A stretch of 64,000 bases of DNA from NCBI GenBank assembly GCA_022508285.1, contig JAFLVN010000007.1, positions 999 through 64,998 on the forward strand, read 5' to 3'. A model generated the notes under the pieces. The model had not been told where the DNA came from. It saw nothing but the letters and a program-made list of their open reading frames with translations, and did no database searches. This DNA is from Clostridiales bacterium. Its GTDB lineage: Bacteria; Bacillota; Clostridia; Christensenellales; Borkfalkiaceae. The first letter of the stretch is position 1; every line of letters begins with the position of its first letter. Both the position numbers and the translations under genes were made by a program. This document shows positions 1-9,137 of the stretch, one piece after another.

Positions 1-3000
1 GCTAAATCTCTCGCCGTGATGGTACAAGATACTGCTATCGTTTCGCGCGTGCCGTTCGGCCAGTAGCAGTTCTCTGCGGGGGTAACCGAAGATTCGTACG
101 TACCTACGTCAACTGCGGTAGTAGTGCCCGTAACGTCCATATAGCCGTAGTTTACGTTTTTCAAAAGGGTTATAGTATGGCCCGTATATTCCTGCTTGGC
201 GCCGTTGCCCTCGCCCTTTTCGGGCATAAGAGAAAGATAAATGTACGGATTCATTGCCACGCAGGCTTCCAGCGTGTCGGCTTCAACGTCTACGTAGGCG
301 CCGATAAAATACGCCGCCTTATCAGACGAGAAATATTGAAGAGCAGAGCTGGTGTTATATTTGCTGAAATTGTTAGAAAATTTAACCGTTTGTTCATCTT
401 CCGTTGGGTTCGTAGATTTATATATACCCACGTCGGCACCAGCAGTCATCTGACCGTCGAAATCCAACAAATATGCATAAAGGTTTAAATTTATTAAGGT
501 ATTGCGGTTTCTAGTGTAGTTATCCTTAATTACGGGGTTGCCAGAAAGATATAATTTAATGTTATTGTTTGTATTCGTACTAACACCGCCGCCTTTTGCC
601 GTGTCTCCGCACTCGTTGTTCACTATAGTGCCGCCGCTTATATGACATTCTGCATATTGAGAAAGAAATAGTGCAGCTTGAGTACCATTTGATGTACTAG
701 TAGGCAAGTTTCCGGAAATTTCTCCGCCGCTCATATAAACTTTGGCAAAAGAATAATCAGCCGTGGAATACACGAGAATTGCACAGTTGTTATAGGATTT
801 ATTACTCGTTATGTAACCGCCGGACATATTTAAAGTGGCTCCGCAAGATACGTAGACGCCACTACATGAAGCGGAAGTAGTATTGCCCGTGATGATGCCT
901 TCCACAAAATTTAAAATAGCGCTTTCACCATTCACGGCGATACCGGCGCCGCCGTCTGTAGTATATCCGCCGGTGATTTTGCCGTATTTTCTGCCTGTTG
1001 CCGAATCCTTATTAGTAGAGGTGTCGGTTAAAGTAAGCGTGCCCTGCACGAATATAACTCTTTGGTTGCCCGAAGAGGCTGCACGGTCTATGGTGTGGCC
1101 GTTTAAGTCAAGAACTATATTTGCTCCCTCGGGCACTACCAATCCGCCGAAATCTGAAGTTTTAGATAAATCGTCGAATGTAAACTTTTCGTAGTCGCCG
1201 AAACCTATTTTCTTATCGGGAGTAAAGGACAATTTGGTAGTTGAGCTTATGGTAACCGACGTTGCCTTCCAGTCAGCAGCGAGCTTAAAATATTGCTGCT
1301 CGCCCGTCGATATACTGTCGGTTACGGCTTTCGACCACGCAGCCGCCATCGTAGCGTTGGTAGTGCCCGAAGTGACGGCGTCAACGACAGCCGCCTCCAT
1401 TGCTTCACCCGTGCCGACAGCCTTTATACCGTACTGTGCGGCATTAGAAAAGAAGAATTTCGAAGGGTCTTCCGTGTTGTACTTGCCGTAATCGGAAGTA
1501 AATGTGAAAGGCGCCTTTTGGTCGGACATCATTACGCCCATATACGCATTTTCCAGTTTACCCACCACATAAACTTTAATGTTGCTGCCTGTTGTGAAGG
1601 TAATATCGTTCGGCTCTCCGCCCGTGTAAGAGCCGTCTGATTTTACTGTGGCGCCTACCAAATTATTGTAGAGCTGGGGTGAGCCGGAAACATATAAGTT
1701 ACTAGCTCTGATACCGCCTCCGGTAGAAGTTACGGTACCGCCAACGTTGCCCGTTACTATACCTCCGCTGATGTATACCTGTGAACTGTTGGGACCGTAA
1801 ATGCCGCCGACAGATGAGCCGACGTTATTGTATACTCTTCCTCCGGTCATAACAAAAGTATTGGTGTTTACAACGCAAACACCGCCCGGGTAGATACCGC
1901 TCGTGTCAGAACTATATGCTTTATTGTTATAAACGTTGCCGCCCGAAAGGGTTACGTGGGCTTTAGAGCTGCCGGTTACCGCTATACCTCCGCCACCGGA
2001 TGAGTTATACGTAGAATTATTAAATCCGCCGGTGATATTGCCCTGCTTTTCAACATCGGAAGATGAGCTATCCAAAATCTCCAATCTGCCTTGGCAATTT
2101 ATTACCATACCAAGCTTTTTAGCCGCGGTAAGTCCGCGGTCTATATCGTGGCCGTTCAAATCTATGATAACGTTTGTACCAATGGGAACGAGTAAAGAGC
2201 CCGTTGAGCCGAAACCTTGGGTAACAGCACCGTCCACTTGCGTTCCGAAAATACCGCCTACGGCTTTCCAGTCGCTTGAAAGAGTAACTCTAACGCATAT
2301 TTTATTAGTATAGCTGTATTCTATTAATTCCTGCCAGCTGTTTTGGTCTTTTGATTTTACCAGCTTCAACTCTTTATAGCCGTTTACTTCTGTAACTTCA
2401 AAAGATTCACCGACACCAGTAGGGAAGAAGTGAGTGCTTAAACCGCCGTTGGGGTGGTTTTCGCCGTAGCCGTTTGTGAACCTGAAACCCGCACTTTGGC
2501 CACCGAGCTCAACGCCAATACGGGCGGTATCTTCAAAAGTGGATATTATATCAATGGGTTTAACAGTAGCACCGACAAGGAACAATATATCACTGCTATG
2601 GCCGGTGTCAGGCGTAGCTTCACCGTTTACAACAGTAGCACCGACTATATTGCCCGAAATTTCGGGATTTCCGCCAAGGCGTAAAGCGGTAGTTCTGATA
2701 CCGCCGCCTTGACTGCCGTTGGCAGTACCGCCTATATTGCCGGTTATTACGCCGCCCGTTATAGTAGTCATACCACCATAATTATCGTTGCTATTCCTTA
2801 AATATATACCTCCGACTGAATTTGAAACGTTGTTTTCAACTCTGCCACCGGTTATTGTAACGTTTATATTAGATGCGGCGTGTGCGTATATACCACCGGC
2901 GCCGATTGCAGAAACGGAGCTCTTGTTTCCGTAAACGTTGCCGCCCGAAAGGGTAAGCGAAGCGTTTGCGTAACGAACCGTTATGCCGCCGGCACGGTAT

Positions 3001-3599
3001 TGCGTGCTGGTGAAGCCGCCGGTAATTTTGCCCTGAAGGGCAGTATCGTCCGTGGAGGTATCGGTTATTTCAAGGATGCCCGCAATCGTAATAACTTCAC
3101 CGTCGGCAAGGGCGGTGGTCAAATGCCTGTCTATATTGTGCCCGTTTAAGTCAAGGCATATGTTAGTACTGCCGGGTGAATAGAGTCCGCCCTTGTTGGT
3201 AGAAATGTAGTTTATACCGAAGCCGTAGCCCGAACCGAAGGAGCCGCCCTGAGCCGTCCAGTCGGCGGCGAGCTTGGCGTAAACCGTGGTATCGCTACCC
3301 AACGCCCTTGAAGTGGTAACAACGTTCGTCCAATGCGAGTACATGCTTATTATGTAAGGATGCTCCTTACTGCCGTCCTGCGCCTGTTGCGCAGCTTTAT
3401 CCTCATCGGATAGAACGACGTTGCCCAAACCGATATCGCCGGTTGTTGCCGCCTCTGCAATAATTTCGGTGTTAAAACCTATTTTTATTCCGAAAATTTC
3501 AGATAACGCCAAAATTGTACAGCCTAAAAAGACTGCACACAATACCAAAATAGCGCCAAGGCGCAATTTGCCTTTAGCTTTTAAATTATCCCAAAACAT
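1..3599 (-). CDS. Large N-terminally anchored surface protein with right-handed beta-helix (PMP/pectin-lyase-like) Gly-rich repeats. It is partial: the C-terminus runs off the window start.
   Basis: Absent from the ORF track because no stop lies inside the window. Manual reverse-strand translation from the ATG at 3599 (MFWDNLKAKGKLRLGAILVLCAVFLGCTILAL..., one TM/signal anchor) stays open to base 1. Three ~330-350 aa modules each contain LDLNGH-x-IDR (nt 3127-3158, 2138-2169, 1084-1116) followed by GG(I/V)-rich strands. Confidence 0.7.
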   Translation of the reverse strand, partial: MFWDNLKAKGKLRLGAILVLCAVFLGCTILALSEIFGIKIGFNTEIIAEAATTGDIGLGNVVLSDEDKAAQQAQDGSKEHPYIISMYSHWTNVVTTSRALGSDTTVYAKLAADWTAQGGSFGSGYGFGINYISTNKGGLYSPGSTNICLDLNGHNIDRHLTTALADGEVITIAGILEITDTSTDDTALQGKITGGFTSTQYRAGGITVRYANASLTLSGGNVYGNKSSVSAIGAGGIYAHAASNINVTITGGRVENNVSNSVGGIYLRNSNDNYGGMTTITGGVITGNIGGTANGSQGGGIRTTALRLGGNPEISGNIVGATVVNGEATPDTGHSSDILFLVGATVKPIDIISTFEDTARIGVELGGQSAGFRFTNGYGENHPNGGLSTHFFPTGVGESFEVTEVNGYKELKLVKSKDQNSWQELIEYSYTNKICVRVTLSSDWKAVGGIFGTQVDGAVTQGFGSTGSLLVPIGTNVIIDLNGHDIDRGLTAAKKLGMVINCQGRLEILDSSSSDVEKQGNITGGFNNSTYNSSGGGGIAVTGSSKAHVTLSGGNVYNNKAYSSDTSGIYPGGVCVVNTNTFVMTGGRVYNNVGSSVGGIYGPNSSQVYISGGIVTGNVGGTVTSTGGGIRASNLYVSGSPQLYNNLVGATVKSDGSYTGGEPNDITFTTGSNIKVYVVGKLENAYMGVMMSDQKAPFTFTSDYGKYNTEDPSKFFFSNAAQYGIKAVGTGEAMEAAVVDAVTSGTTNATMAAAWSKAVTDSISTGEQQYFKLAADWKATSVTISSTTKLSFTPDKKIGFGDYEKFTFDDLSKTSDFGGLVVPEGANIVLDLNGHTIDRAASSGNQRVIFVQGTLTLTDTSTNKDSATGRKYGKITGGYTTDGGAGIAVNGESAILNFVEGIITGNTTSASCSGVYVSCGATLNMSGGYITSNKSYNNCAILVYSTADYSFAKVYMSGGEISGNLPTSTSNGTQAALFLSQYAECHISGGTIVNNECGDTAKGGGVSTNTNNNIKLYLSGNPVIKDNYTRNRNTLINLNLYAYLLDFDGQMTAGADVGIYKSTNPTEDEQTVKFSNNFSKYNTSSALQYFSSDKAAYFIGAYVDVEADTLEACVAMNPYIYLSLMPEKGEGNGAKQEYTGHTITLLKNVNYGYMDVTGTTTAVDVGTYESSVTPAENCYWPNGTRETIAVSCTITARDL

Positions 3600-3654
3600 A
3601 AATTTAACCTACCCATGAAAAATTTTGTTTTAATTTATTCAGTTTTGTACTGTC

Positions 3655-3683
3655 ATTTTAGCGCCGAATTTTTTATATGTCAA
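3655..3683 (-). promoter_or_regulatory. Sigma-A type promoter of the beta-helix surface protein gene
   Basis: The reverse strand reads TTGACA (3678-3683), 17 nt, TAAAAT (3655-3660), about 55 nt upstream of the ATG at 3599. Confidence 0.5.
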
Positions 3684-3890
3684 GCGCTTTTTGTAATTTT
3701 TTTATATAATATTAATGTTAAATCTTGCCACAACCTCTTATTGTATTTGAAACCGTGAGTGTGTTGCGCAAGATTAAGAGCACCAAACACAGTATAATAT
3801 TATAAAGTAAAAATTTATTTCAAAGCGGGCAGACACCCGAAAACGACGATATTTTCATTATCCGATTCCATAGATAATTTTCGCCGTATA

Positions 3891-3919
3891 TTGACAATTT
3901 TTTTGCGTTGTGGCATAAT
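3891..3919 (+). promoter_or_regulatory. Sigma-A type promoter of the permease gene
   Basis: TTGACA (3891-3896), 17 nt, CATAAT (3914-3919) preceded by TGG (extended -10-like). GAGGGA ribosome-binding site at 3937-3942 and ATG at 3946. Confidence 0.5.
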
Positions 3920-3945
3920 TTTTAAAAACGTTTTTTGAGGGAAAT

Positions 3946-5256
3946 ATGTGGATACCCGTAATTATATGCTGTATAACTTGCGTGTTGATGATATGTTCGA
4001 TACTCTTTTTTCCCAAGCTTAAAATCGGCAAAATCAGCCTTGATACATATTGGCTTATTACCATAGTGGGCGCAATTTTTGCACTCATTTTCGGCGGGGC
4101 GGACATTGCAAAAGTAGGACAGGCGCTGATTGCCGATACGGCTATAAACCCGCTCAAAATACTCGTGCTATTCATATCGATGACCATACTTTCGATATAC
4201 CTCGACGAGCTCGGGTTCTTCCGCTTCCTTGCAAACGTTGCCTTAAAGCGTGCCAAAACGGGTCAGAAAAAACTATTTTTGTATCTGTACATAACCGTTT
4301 CCGTTCTCACGGTGTTCACCTCGAACGATATAATTATTCTTTCGTTTACTCCCTTTATCTGTTACTTTGCAAAGAACGCAAAGATAAATCCCATACCATA
4401 TCTCGCTGCGGAATTCGTTGCAGCAAACACCTGGAGTATGGCGCTTATAATCGGCAACCCCACCAATATTTACCTTGCTACGGCAAGCGGAATAGGCTTT
4501 CTCGAATACGTTAAATACAGCATATTCCCCACCCTATTCGCAGGTTTGGTAGCATTCGGCGCATTGTTTCTTATCTTCCGCAAAAAACTGAAAGAGCCCA
4601 TGCATGCTGAGGCGGAGACCGTTGTAATCGAAGATAAACTGTCGCTGTGGGTGGGCATAGTCCACCTTGCGGTATGCACAGTGCTGCTTGCAATAAGCTC
4701 GTATATAGGTCTTGAAATGTGGATAGTGGCTTTGTGCTCGGCAGGAAGTTTGTTTATATTCACGGCGGTAATTGCAATCGTCAGAAAGAAAAAGCCTATC
4801 CATCTTTTGGGCTGTCTTAAACGCACACCCTACCAGCTGATACCTTTCGTTCTATCCATGTTTGTAATGATTGTAGTTTTGGCGGATGCGGGGATTACAG
4901 AAATAATTGCCGACGTCATGGGTGCGGATTTGCCCATACTTAAATACGGCGTTTCATCCTTCTTTGCCTCCAACCTCATAAACAACATACCCATGAGCGT
5001 TCTGTTCTCTTCCATTATCGAAGCTTCGGGCGGAACGGCGGGTATACCCGCTATATTTGCCACCGTAATAGGCTCTAACGTTGGTGCGTTTTTCACCCCG
5101 ATAGGTGCGCTGGCGGGCATTATGTGGGGAGCTATCATAGGCAAGCACGAAACAAAATTCGGATATCTCGATTTCTTAAAAATAGGCGTTACCGTTGCAC
5201 TGCCAACGCTGTTCGCCGCTCTCGGCGGACTGTGGCTTGCAGTGAGCGTATTCTGA
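3946..5256 (+). CDS. ArsB/NhaD-family (YbiR-like) anion permease
   Basis: 436-aa polytopic membrane ORF. Segments NPLKILVLFISMTILS, FTSNDIIILSFTP and IIGNPTNIY match my memory of ArsB/NhaD permeases. It has a Shine-Dalgarno (SD) site and a promoter upstream and a terminator downstream. Confidence 0.6.
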   Translation: MWIPVIICCITCVLMICSILFFPKLKIGKISLDTYWLITIVGAIFALIFGGADIAKVGQALIADTAINPLKILVLFISMTILSIYLDELGFFRFLANVALKRAKTGQKKLFLYLYITVSVLTVFTSNDIIILSFTPFICYFAKNAKINPIPYLAAEFVAANTWSMALIIGNPTNIYLATASGIGFLEYVKYSIFPTLFAGLVAFGALFLIFRKKLKEPMHAEAETVVIEDKLSLWVGIVHLAVCTVLLAISSYIGLEMWIVALCSAGSLFIFTAVIAIVRKKKPIHLLGCLKRTPYQLIPFVLSMFVMIVVLADAGITEIIADVMGADLPILKYGVSSFFASNLINNIPMSVLFSSIIEASGGTAGIPAIFATVIGSNVGAFFTPIGALAGIMWGAIIGKHETKFGYLDFLKIGVTVALPTLFAALGGLWLAVSVF

Positions 5257-5323
5257 TAAAAATACATAAGGAGAAAAACAAAAATATCACCCACAGATAA
5301 GTAAAATAATCAGCAGAAGCGCC

Positions 5324-5356
5324 AAAAAATCCACCCGGAAATCGGGTGGATTTTTG
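5324..5356. terminator. Bidirectional intrinsic terminator between convergent genes
   Basis: Hairpin ATCCACCCG-gaaat-CGGGTGGAT with an A-run on the left and a T-run on the right. Confidence 0.65.
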
Positions 5357-5386
5357 TTGTTTAAAGGATATTACGGGGTCAACCGT

Positions 5387-6640
5387 TTACACTAACAAAA
5401 GCAGCTCGCCTATACCCCAGCCTAAAAGCGTGCCTATTGCAAGCCCCACCGCTCCGCAGATTACGCCGGGAGCTATTAAATCCTGCCTTCCTGCCGCCTT
5501 TGCAACGGGTGCTATAAACGGAGGTCCGTATACGCCGGCGGTCGAGGTGATTATTGCCGTGTCGCCGTCCACCCTGAATATTTTGCAGAGCAGCATATGC
5601 AACAGTATTACGGCGACCTGTGCGCAGGCAAAGTAGGCAATCGTGGGCAGGAATTTCGGCGCTAACGACGACCAGTCAATGCTCATAGACAACGCAAGCG
5701 AGAACATTAATATGAAATACATACCCAGCGTGTACTGCCCTTTGATTTCTCTTATGGGCTTCACAAATGACAGCCCCACGCCGAGCACGGACACCGAGAG
5801 CAAAATGTAAAGGAAGTTTATAACGGGAGCTTGGCTATTGATTGCATTATCTATAACTCCGATCAGTATGCCTATTCCGATACAGCCCGCCGCCAGCCCG
5901 AACGCACCCAAGAGCTTTAATAAGCTCTTTTTATCTTTAATGGAAAAACCGAACTTATAGTCGTCGTGCTTTTCTTCGACGGGTGTCGCCTGTACTTCCG
6001 CTTCGGATACAGTCTCAGTTTGAGATACCGTCTCGGTTTCGGCTTGCGCCTCCATCTGCGTTGCAACGGGGGCTTCGAGAGGCTTCTTTTTACGGTTTAA
6101 TACAAGACGGTAGAACCTCGGAGCTACAGATATTAAGAGCAGGAAGTAGATGCCTCCGACAAGCGTATCGGAAACGTTTGCCGCAGCAATACTGTCGCCG
6201 GCGCCCAGCATCGCACCGATTGCGTCGAGGTTGGGTGTTCCACCCGTGTAGAGCCCGATAACCATTGCCGAAAGTTTTGCACTCGGGAAAAAGCTCAGAG
6301 TTATAAAGAACATTGCCACGGCGACTATTATAACCGCAACTATGCACAGCGAATATCCGACTATGGTGTTCTTGGTCAACTTTTTGACCGCCCGCAGGTC
6401 TATACTGAATAAGATGAGCGGAATCGAGAGCGCCACGAGAACGTAGGCGATATCAGAGGTAAGCCCCTTGTCGTAGTCTACGCCCGTAAATCCTATCGTT
6501 GAGAAAACAAAACCGACTATGTAGCAACAGGCGATTGCGCCTATTATGCCTAAGATTTTATTTTTGCGGGTAAGCCATACTATGGGGAAGGGCAGACCGA
6601 CAATACAAATTATTGCAATTATGGTAAGAGCGAGCGTCAT
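5387..6640 (-). CDS. Polytopic membrane protein, possibly a DUF819-type transporter
   Basis: 417-aa ORF with many TM helices and a central acidic T/E/Q-rich loop (ETETVSQTETVSEAEVQ). The C-terminal TSTAGVYGPPFIAPVAKAAG...GAVGLAIG resembles DUF819 (weak, from memory). GGGAGG SD site; the ATGA start overlaps the stop of the upstream gene. Confidence 0.55.
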   Translation of the reverse strand: MTLALTIIAIICIVGLPFPIVWLTRKNKILGIIGAIACCYIVGFVFSTIGFTGVDYDKGLTSDIAYVLVALSIPLILFSIDLRAVKKLTKNTIVGYSLCIVAVIIVAVAMFFITLSFFPSAKLSAMVIGLYTGGTPNLDAIGAMLGAGDSIAAANVSDTLVGGIYFLLLISVAPRFYRLVLNRKKKPLEAPVATQMEAQAETETVSQTETVSEAEVQATPVEEKHDDYKFGFSIKDKKSLLKLLGAFGLAAGCIGIGILIGVIDNAINSQAPVINFLYILLSVSVLGVGLSFVKPIREIKGQYTLGMYFILMFSLALSMSIDWSSLAPKFLPTIAYFACAQVAVILLHMLLCKIFRVDGDTAIITSTAGVYGPPFIAPVAKAAGRQDLIAPGVICGAVGLAIGTLLGWGIGELLLLV

Positions 6641-7743
6641 AACTGCCTCCCGTAAATTCTGAAAATTTTATTTATCTTGCCGCCCGCCTTTTCCACGTTG
6701 CGGATAGAAATTTCGTTATTTTCCAAAATCGTGCCGGCTTCCATATAGTTAATGCCCCGCTTTTTGCACGAAAGATAAAACGCGTGGTAGAGTGCAAAGT
6801 TTACCCCACGGTTCTGGTATTGCGGAATGACGTATTGCAAAATCGCACGGATAGACTTTATTTTGTTCTTCCAGTACAACGCTTTAATGAGTGTTACGGG
6901 GTTCATTCTTCCGTTCATCTTGCGGAATACCGTATTAAAATTCGGCACGCTCATCATAACGCCTACGGGCTTCCCGTCGGAACGTCTGCGGCAGATATGA
7001 ATGAAGTCAGCCCACAAAAAGCTTTTCCAGTTGCCGACAATGCGCACAAGGTCTTCACGTGTGGGGGCGTCCTGAAAAATAATATCCGAGGTCGCCTCCT
7101 CTATTATCGTGTGAACGTCGTCTATATCCCGCTCGATATTTTTGAAATCGGCAGGCGAAATATATAAATCGTAGCGTTTAAGCACCTTTTCCACAAGCGG
7201 TGCCACACGCTTGGAATCGTAGCGGTCATACTCGATTTTCAACGCTACGGTATCGAAATCCTTTTTAAAACCGAAGCCCTCGAATAACTGCTTATAGTAA
7301 GGGGGATTATACGAAGTGAGAATCATGGGCTCGTACTCGAACCCTTCCACAAGTATTCCCCTGCGGTTGTCCTGGTCGTACGGGAAGTAAGTGCCCTCGA
7401 CGTAAGTTACACCCTGCTCTTTGAGGATACGGCACATTTCCGAAAACAGCATGCCGGCACACAGACTGTCGTTTATGCACTCGAAGTGCGAAAAATATCC
7501 GCAACACTCCAGCTTGAGCTGTTTGGAAGGCCCGACAGTGAAAAGCACGCGGGCAAGGAATTTTCCGTTCTCCTCTACGGCGAGCGCAGTATACGACTTC
7601 TCCTTTAAAACAAGAAGTTTAAGAGTTTTTAAAAGGTCGCGCCGCATATACGGCACAAAGAATTTATCTTTGCCATAGAGCTTGTCCGGCATGCCGACAA
7701 ACTTTTTAAGCTGTTTTTCCGTATCAAGGCGAACTACTCGCAA
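6637..7743 (-). CDS. GNAT-family N-acetyltransferase-like protein
   Basis: The C-terminal VIPQYQNRGVNFALY...MEAGTILENNEISIRNVEKAGG matches the GNAT acetyl-CoA motif region. The ORF track extends to a TTG at 7803. I prefer the TTG at 7743 because GGAGG (7749-7753) lies 5 nt upstream of it. Confidence 0.55.
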   Translation of the reverse strand: MRVVRLDTEKQLKKFVGMPDKLYGKDKFFVPYMRRDLLKTLKLLVLKEKSYTALAVEENGKFLARVLFTVGPSKQLKLECCGYFSHFECINDSLCAGMLFSEMCRILKEQGVTYVEGTYFPYDQDNRRGILVEGFEYEPMILTSYNPPYYKQLFEGFGFKKDFDTVALKIEYDRYDSKRVAPLVEKVLKRYDLYISPADFKNIERDIDDVHTIIEEATSDIIFQDAPTREDLVRIVGNWKSFLWADFIHICRRRSDGKPVGVMMSVPNFNTVFRKMNGRMNPVTLIKALYWKNKIKSIRAILQYVIPQYQNRGVNFALYHAFYLSCKKRGINYMEAGTILENNEISIRNVEKAGGKINKIFRIYGRQL

Positions 7744-7832
7744 GGGGTCCTCCAAAAGTATATACTTCCTTTTAATTATAACAGAAATAATTGAATTTTG
7801 CAATTAATTAGCAATTCAAATATATGCCCCCG

Positions 7833-7861
7833 TTGACAAACCACGGACAGTTTAGTAATAT
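7833..7861 (+). promoter_or_regulatory. Sigma-A type promoter placed for a leaderless or near-leaderless DUF368 mRNA
   Basis: TTGACA (7833-7838), 17 nt, TAATAT (7856-7861). Only 9 nt separate it from the ATG at 7871, and there is no SD site. Confidence 0.5.
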
Positions 7862-7870
7862 ATTATCTGT

Positions 7871-8752
7871 ATGAAAGTCAAAGAGTTTTTTAAAAATCTT
7901 TTGGGCGGTGCGGCTATCGGCGTTGCGATGATAATCCCCGGCGTGAGCGGTGGCACTGTTGCCGTACTTTTGAATATATACGACAAGCTGATAAACGCAT
8001 TGGGCAATCTTAGAAAGGATTTCAAGGCGAATATAGCCTTTCTCCTTCCCATACTTCTCGGCTTAGTGCTTGCGTTTGCCGCCATGTATTTCCCTTTGAA
8101 TTGGGCTATGGAATACGCTCCCTTCCCTACGGTTATGCTGTTTGCAGGACTAATGATCGGCTCTTTCCCCAAACTTTTCAAGGACAGCAAGGCATTCGGG
8201 TTTGAAAAACTCAATATATTATCCGTTGTACTGCCGTTTGTAGTGATTATCGGCGTCAGTCTTTTAAAATTATTCGTCTATGCAGGCGAGGCGGAGTTAT
8301 CCGCAAGTATGCCCATATGGGGATATTTTGCTATAATCGGAGTTGCCATGCTCGGAAGCTGTGCGCTGGTTATCCCGGGCGTCAGCGGCAGTATGCTTTT
8401 AATGATTTTAGGGTATTACACGCCCGTGCTCGGACTGTTTAAATCACTTACTTCCGATTTTGGGCACGTTGTACTCGTGCTCGGACTGTTTGCGATAGGT
8501 CTGATTATAGGATTTTTCAGTATCGCAAAGCTGATGAAATTTTTCTTAAATAAATATCCTCGCGGCACACGCTGGGCTATAATCGGATTTGTGCTCGGCA
8601 GTATTCCCGCTCTGTTCATCGTTCAAGACTACGCAACATACCCCATGAACGGCTTGCAGATTGCCGCAGGAGTAATTTTGTGCGCACTCGGCGCAGTTGC
8701 AACCTACGCCTTAACCGCCTATGTGGAGGGCAAAACGCAAAACCGGAAGTAG
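7871..8752 (+). CDS. DUF368-family membrane protein (PopT-type, linked to undecaprenyl-phosphate recycling)
   Basis: 293-aa polytopic ORF with the duplicated signature IIPGVSGGTVAVLL and VIPGVSGSMLLMILG typical of DUF368. Confidence 0.75.
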   Translation: MKVKEFFKNLLGGAAIGVAMIIPGVSGGTVAVLLNIYDKLINALGNLRKDFKANIAFLLPILLGLVLAFAAMYFPLNWAMEYAPFPTVMLFAGLMIGSFPKLFKDSKAFGFEKLNILSVVLPFVVIIGVSLLKLFVYAGEAELSASMPIWGYFAIIGVAMLGSCALVIPGVSGSMLLMILGYYTPVLGLFKSLTSDFGHVVLVLGLFAIGLIIGFFSIAKLMKFFLNKYPRGTRWAIIGFVLGSIPALFIVQDYATYPMNGLQIAAGVILCALGAVATYALTAYVEGKTQNRK

Positions 8753-8799
8753 CCCTAAAATTGCATAAATGCGCACGTATCATTTGTTCTACGTGAAAA

Positions 8800-8827
8800 G
8801 CCGCCCGCAGAAATTTCTGCGGGCGGC
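8800..8827. terminator. GC-rich hairpin terminator (bidirectional)
   Basis: GCCGCCCGCAGAAATTTCTGCGGGCGGC followed by GTTATTTTATT. A near-identical copy lies at 10689-10717. Confidence 0.6.
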
Positions 8828-8833
8828 GTTATT

Positions 8834-9034
8834 TTATTGCTTTCTTCCTGCCAGCTCGTCGAGCGATATTTCAAAAAAATCGGCGAGCATTATCAGCTGC
8901 TTGATAGATGGCTCAGTATATCCCGTTTCCCAATGCGATACAGTTTTAACCGTAGTAAACACCGCTTTGGCAAGCTCCCTTTGCCCTATTCCGTTCTCCC
9001 TGCGCAGATTTTTTAAATTTTCACTAAATATCAT
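8834..9034 (-). CDS. XRE-family helix-turn-helix transcriptional regulator
   Basis: 66 aa. NLKNLRRENGIGQRELAKAVFTTVKTVSHWETGYTEPSIKQLIMLADFFEISLDEL is a canonical Cro/C1 HTH. AGGAAAAG SD site. Confidence 0.85.
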   Translation of the reverse strand: MIFSENLKNLRRENGIGQRELAKAVFTTVKTVSHWETGYTEPSIKQLIMLADFFEISLDELAGRKQ

Positions 9035-9079
9035 ATCTTTTCCTGACGATTAAATTTATCAAAAATTGAGAATTTATTC

Positions 9080-9108
9080 TTGACTTTCTCAATTATTGAG
9101 AATATAAT
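9080..9108 (+). promoter_or_regulatory. Consensus promoter with a palindromic operator in its spacer
   Basis: TTGACT (9080-9085), 17 nt, TATAAT (9103-9108). The whole spacer is the inverted repeat TTCTCAA-tta-TTGAGAA (9086-9102). An extra TTGAGAA half-site lies at 9066-9072. Confidence 0.6.
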
Positions 9109-9137
9109 AAAACTATAGAACTATAGGAGAAGAAATT

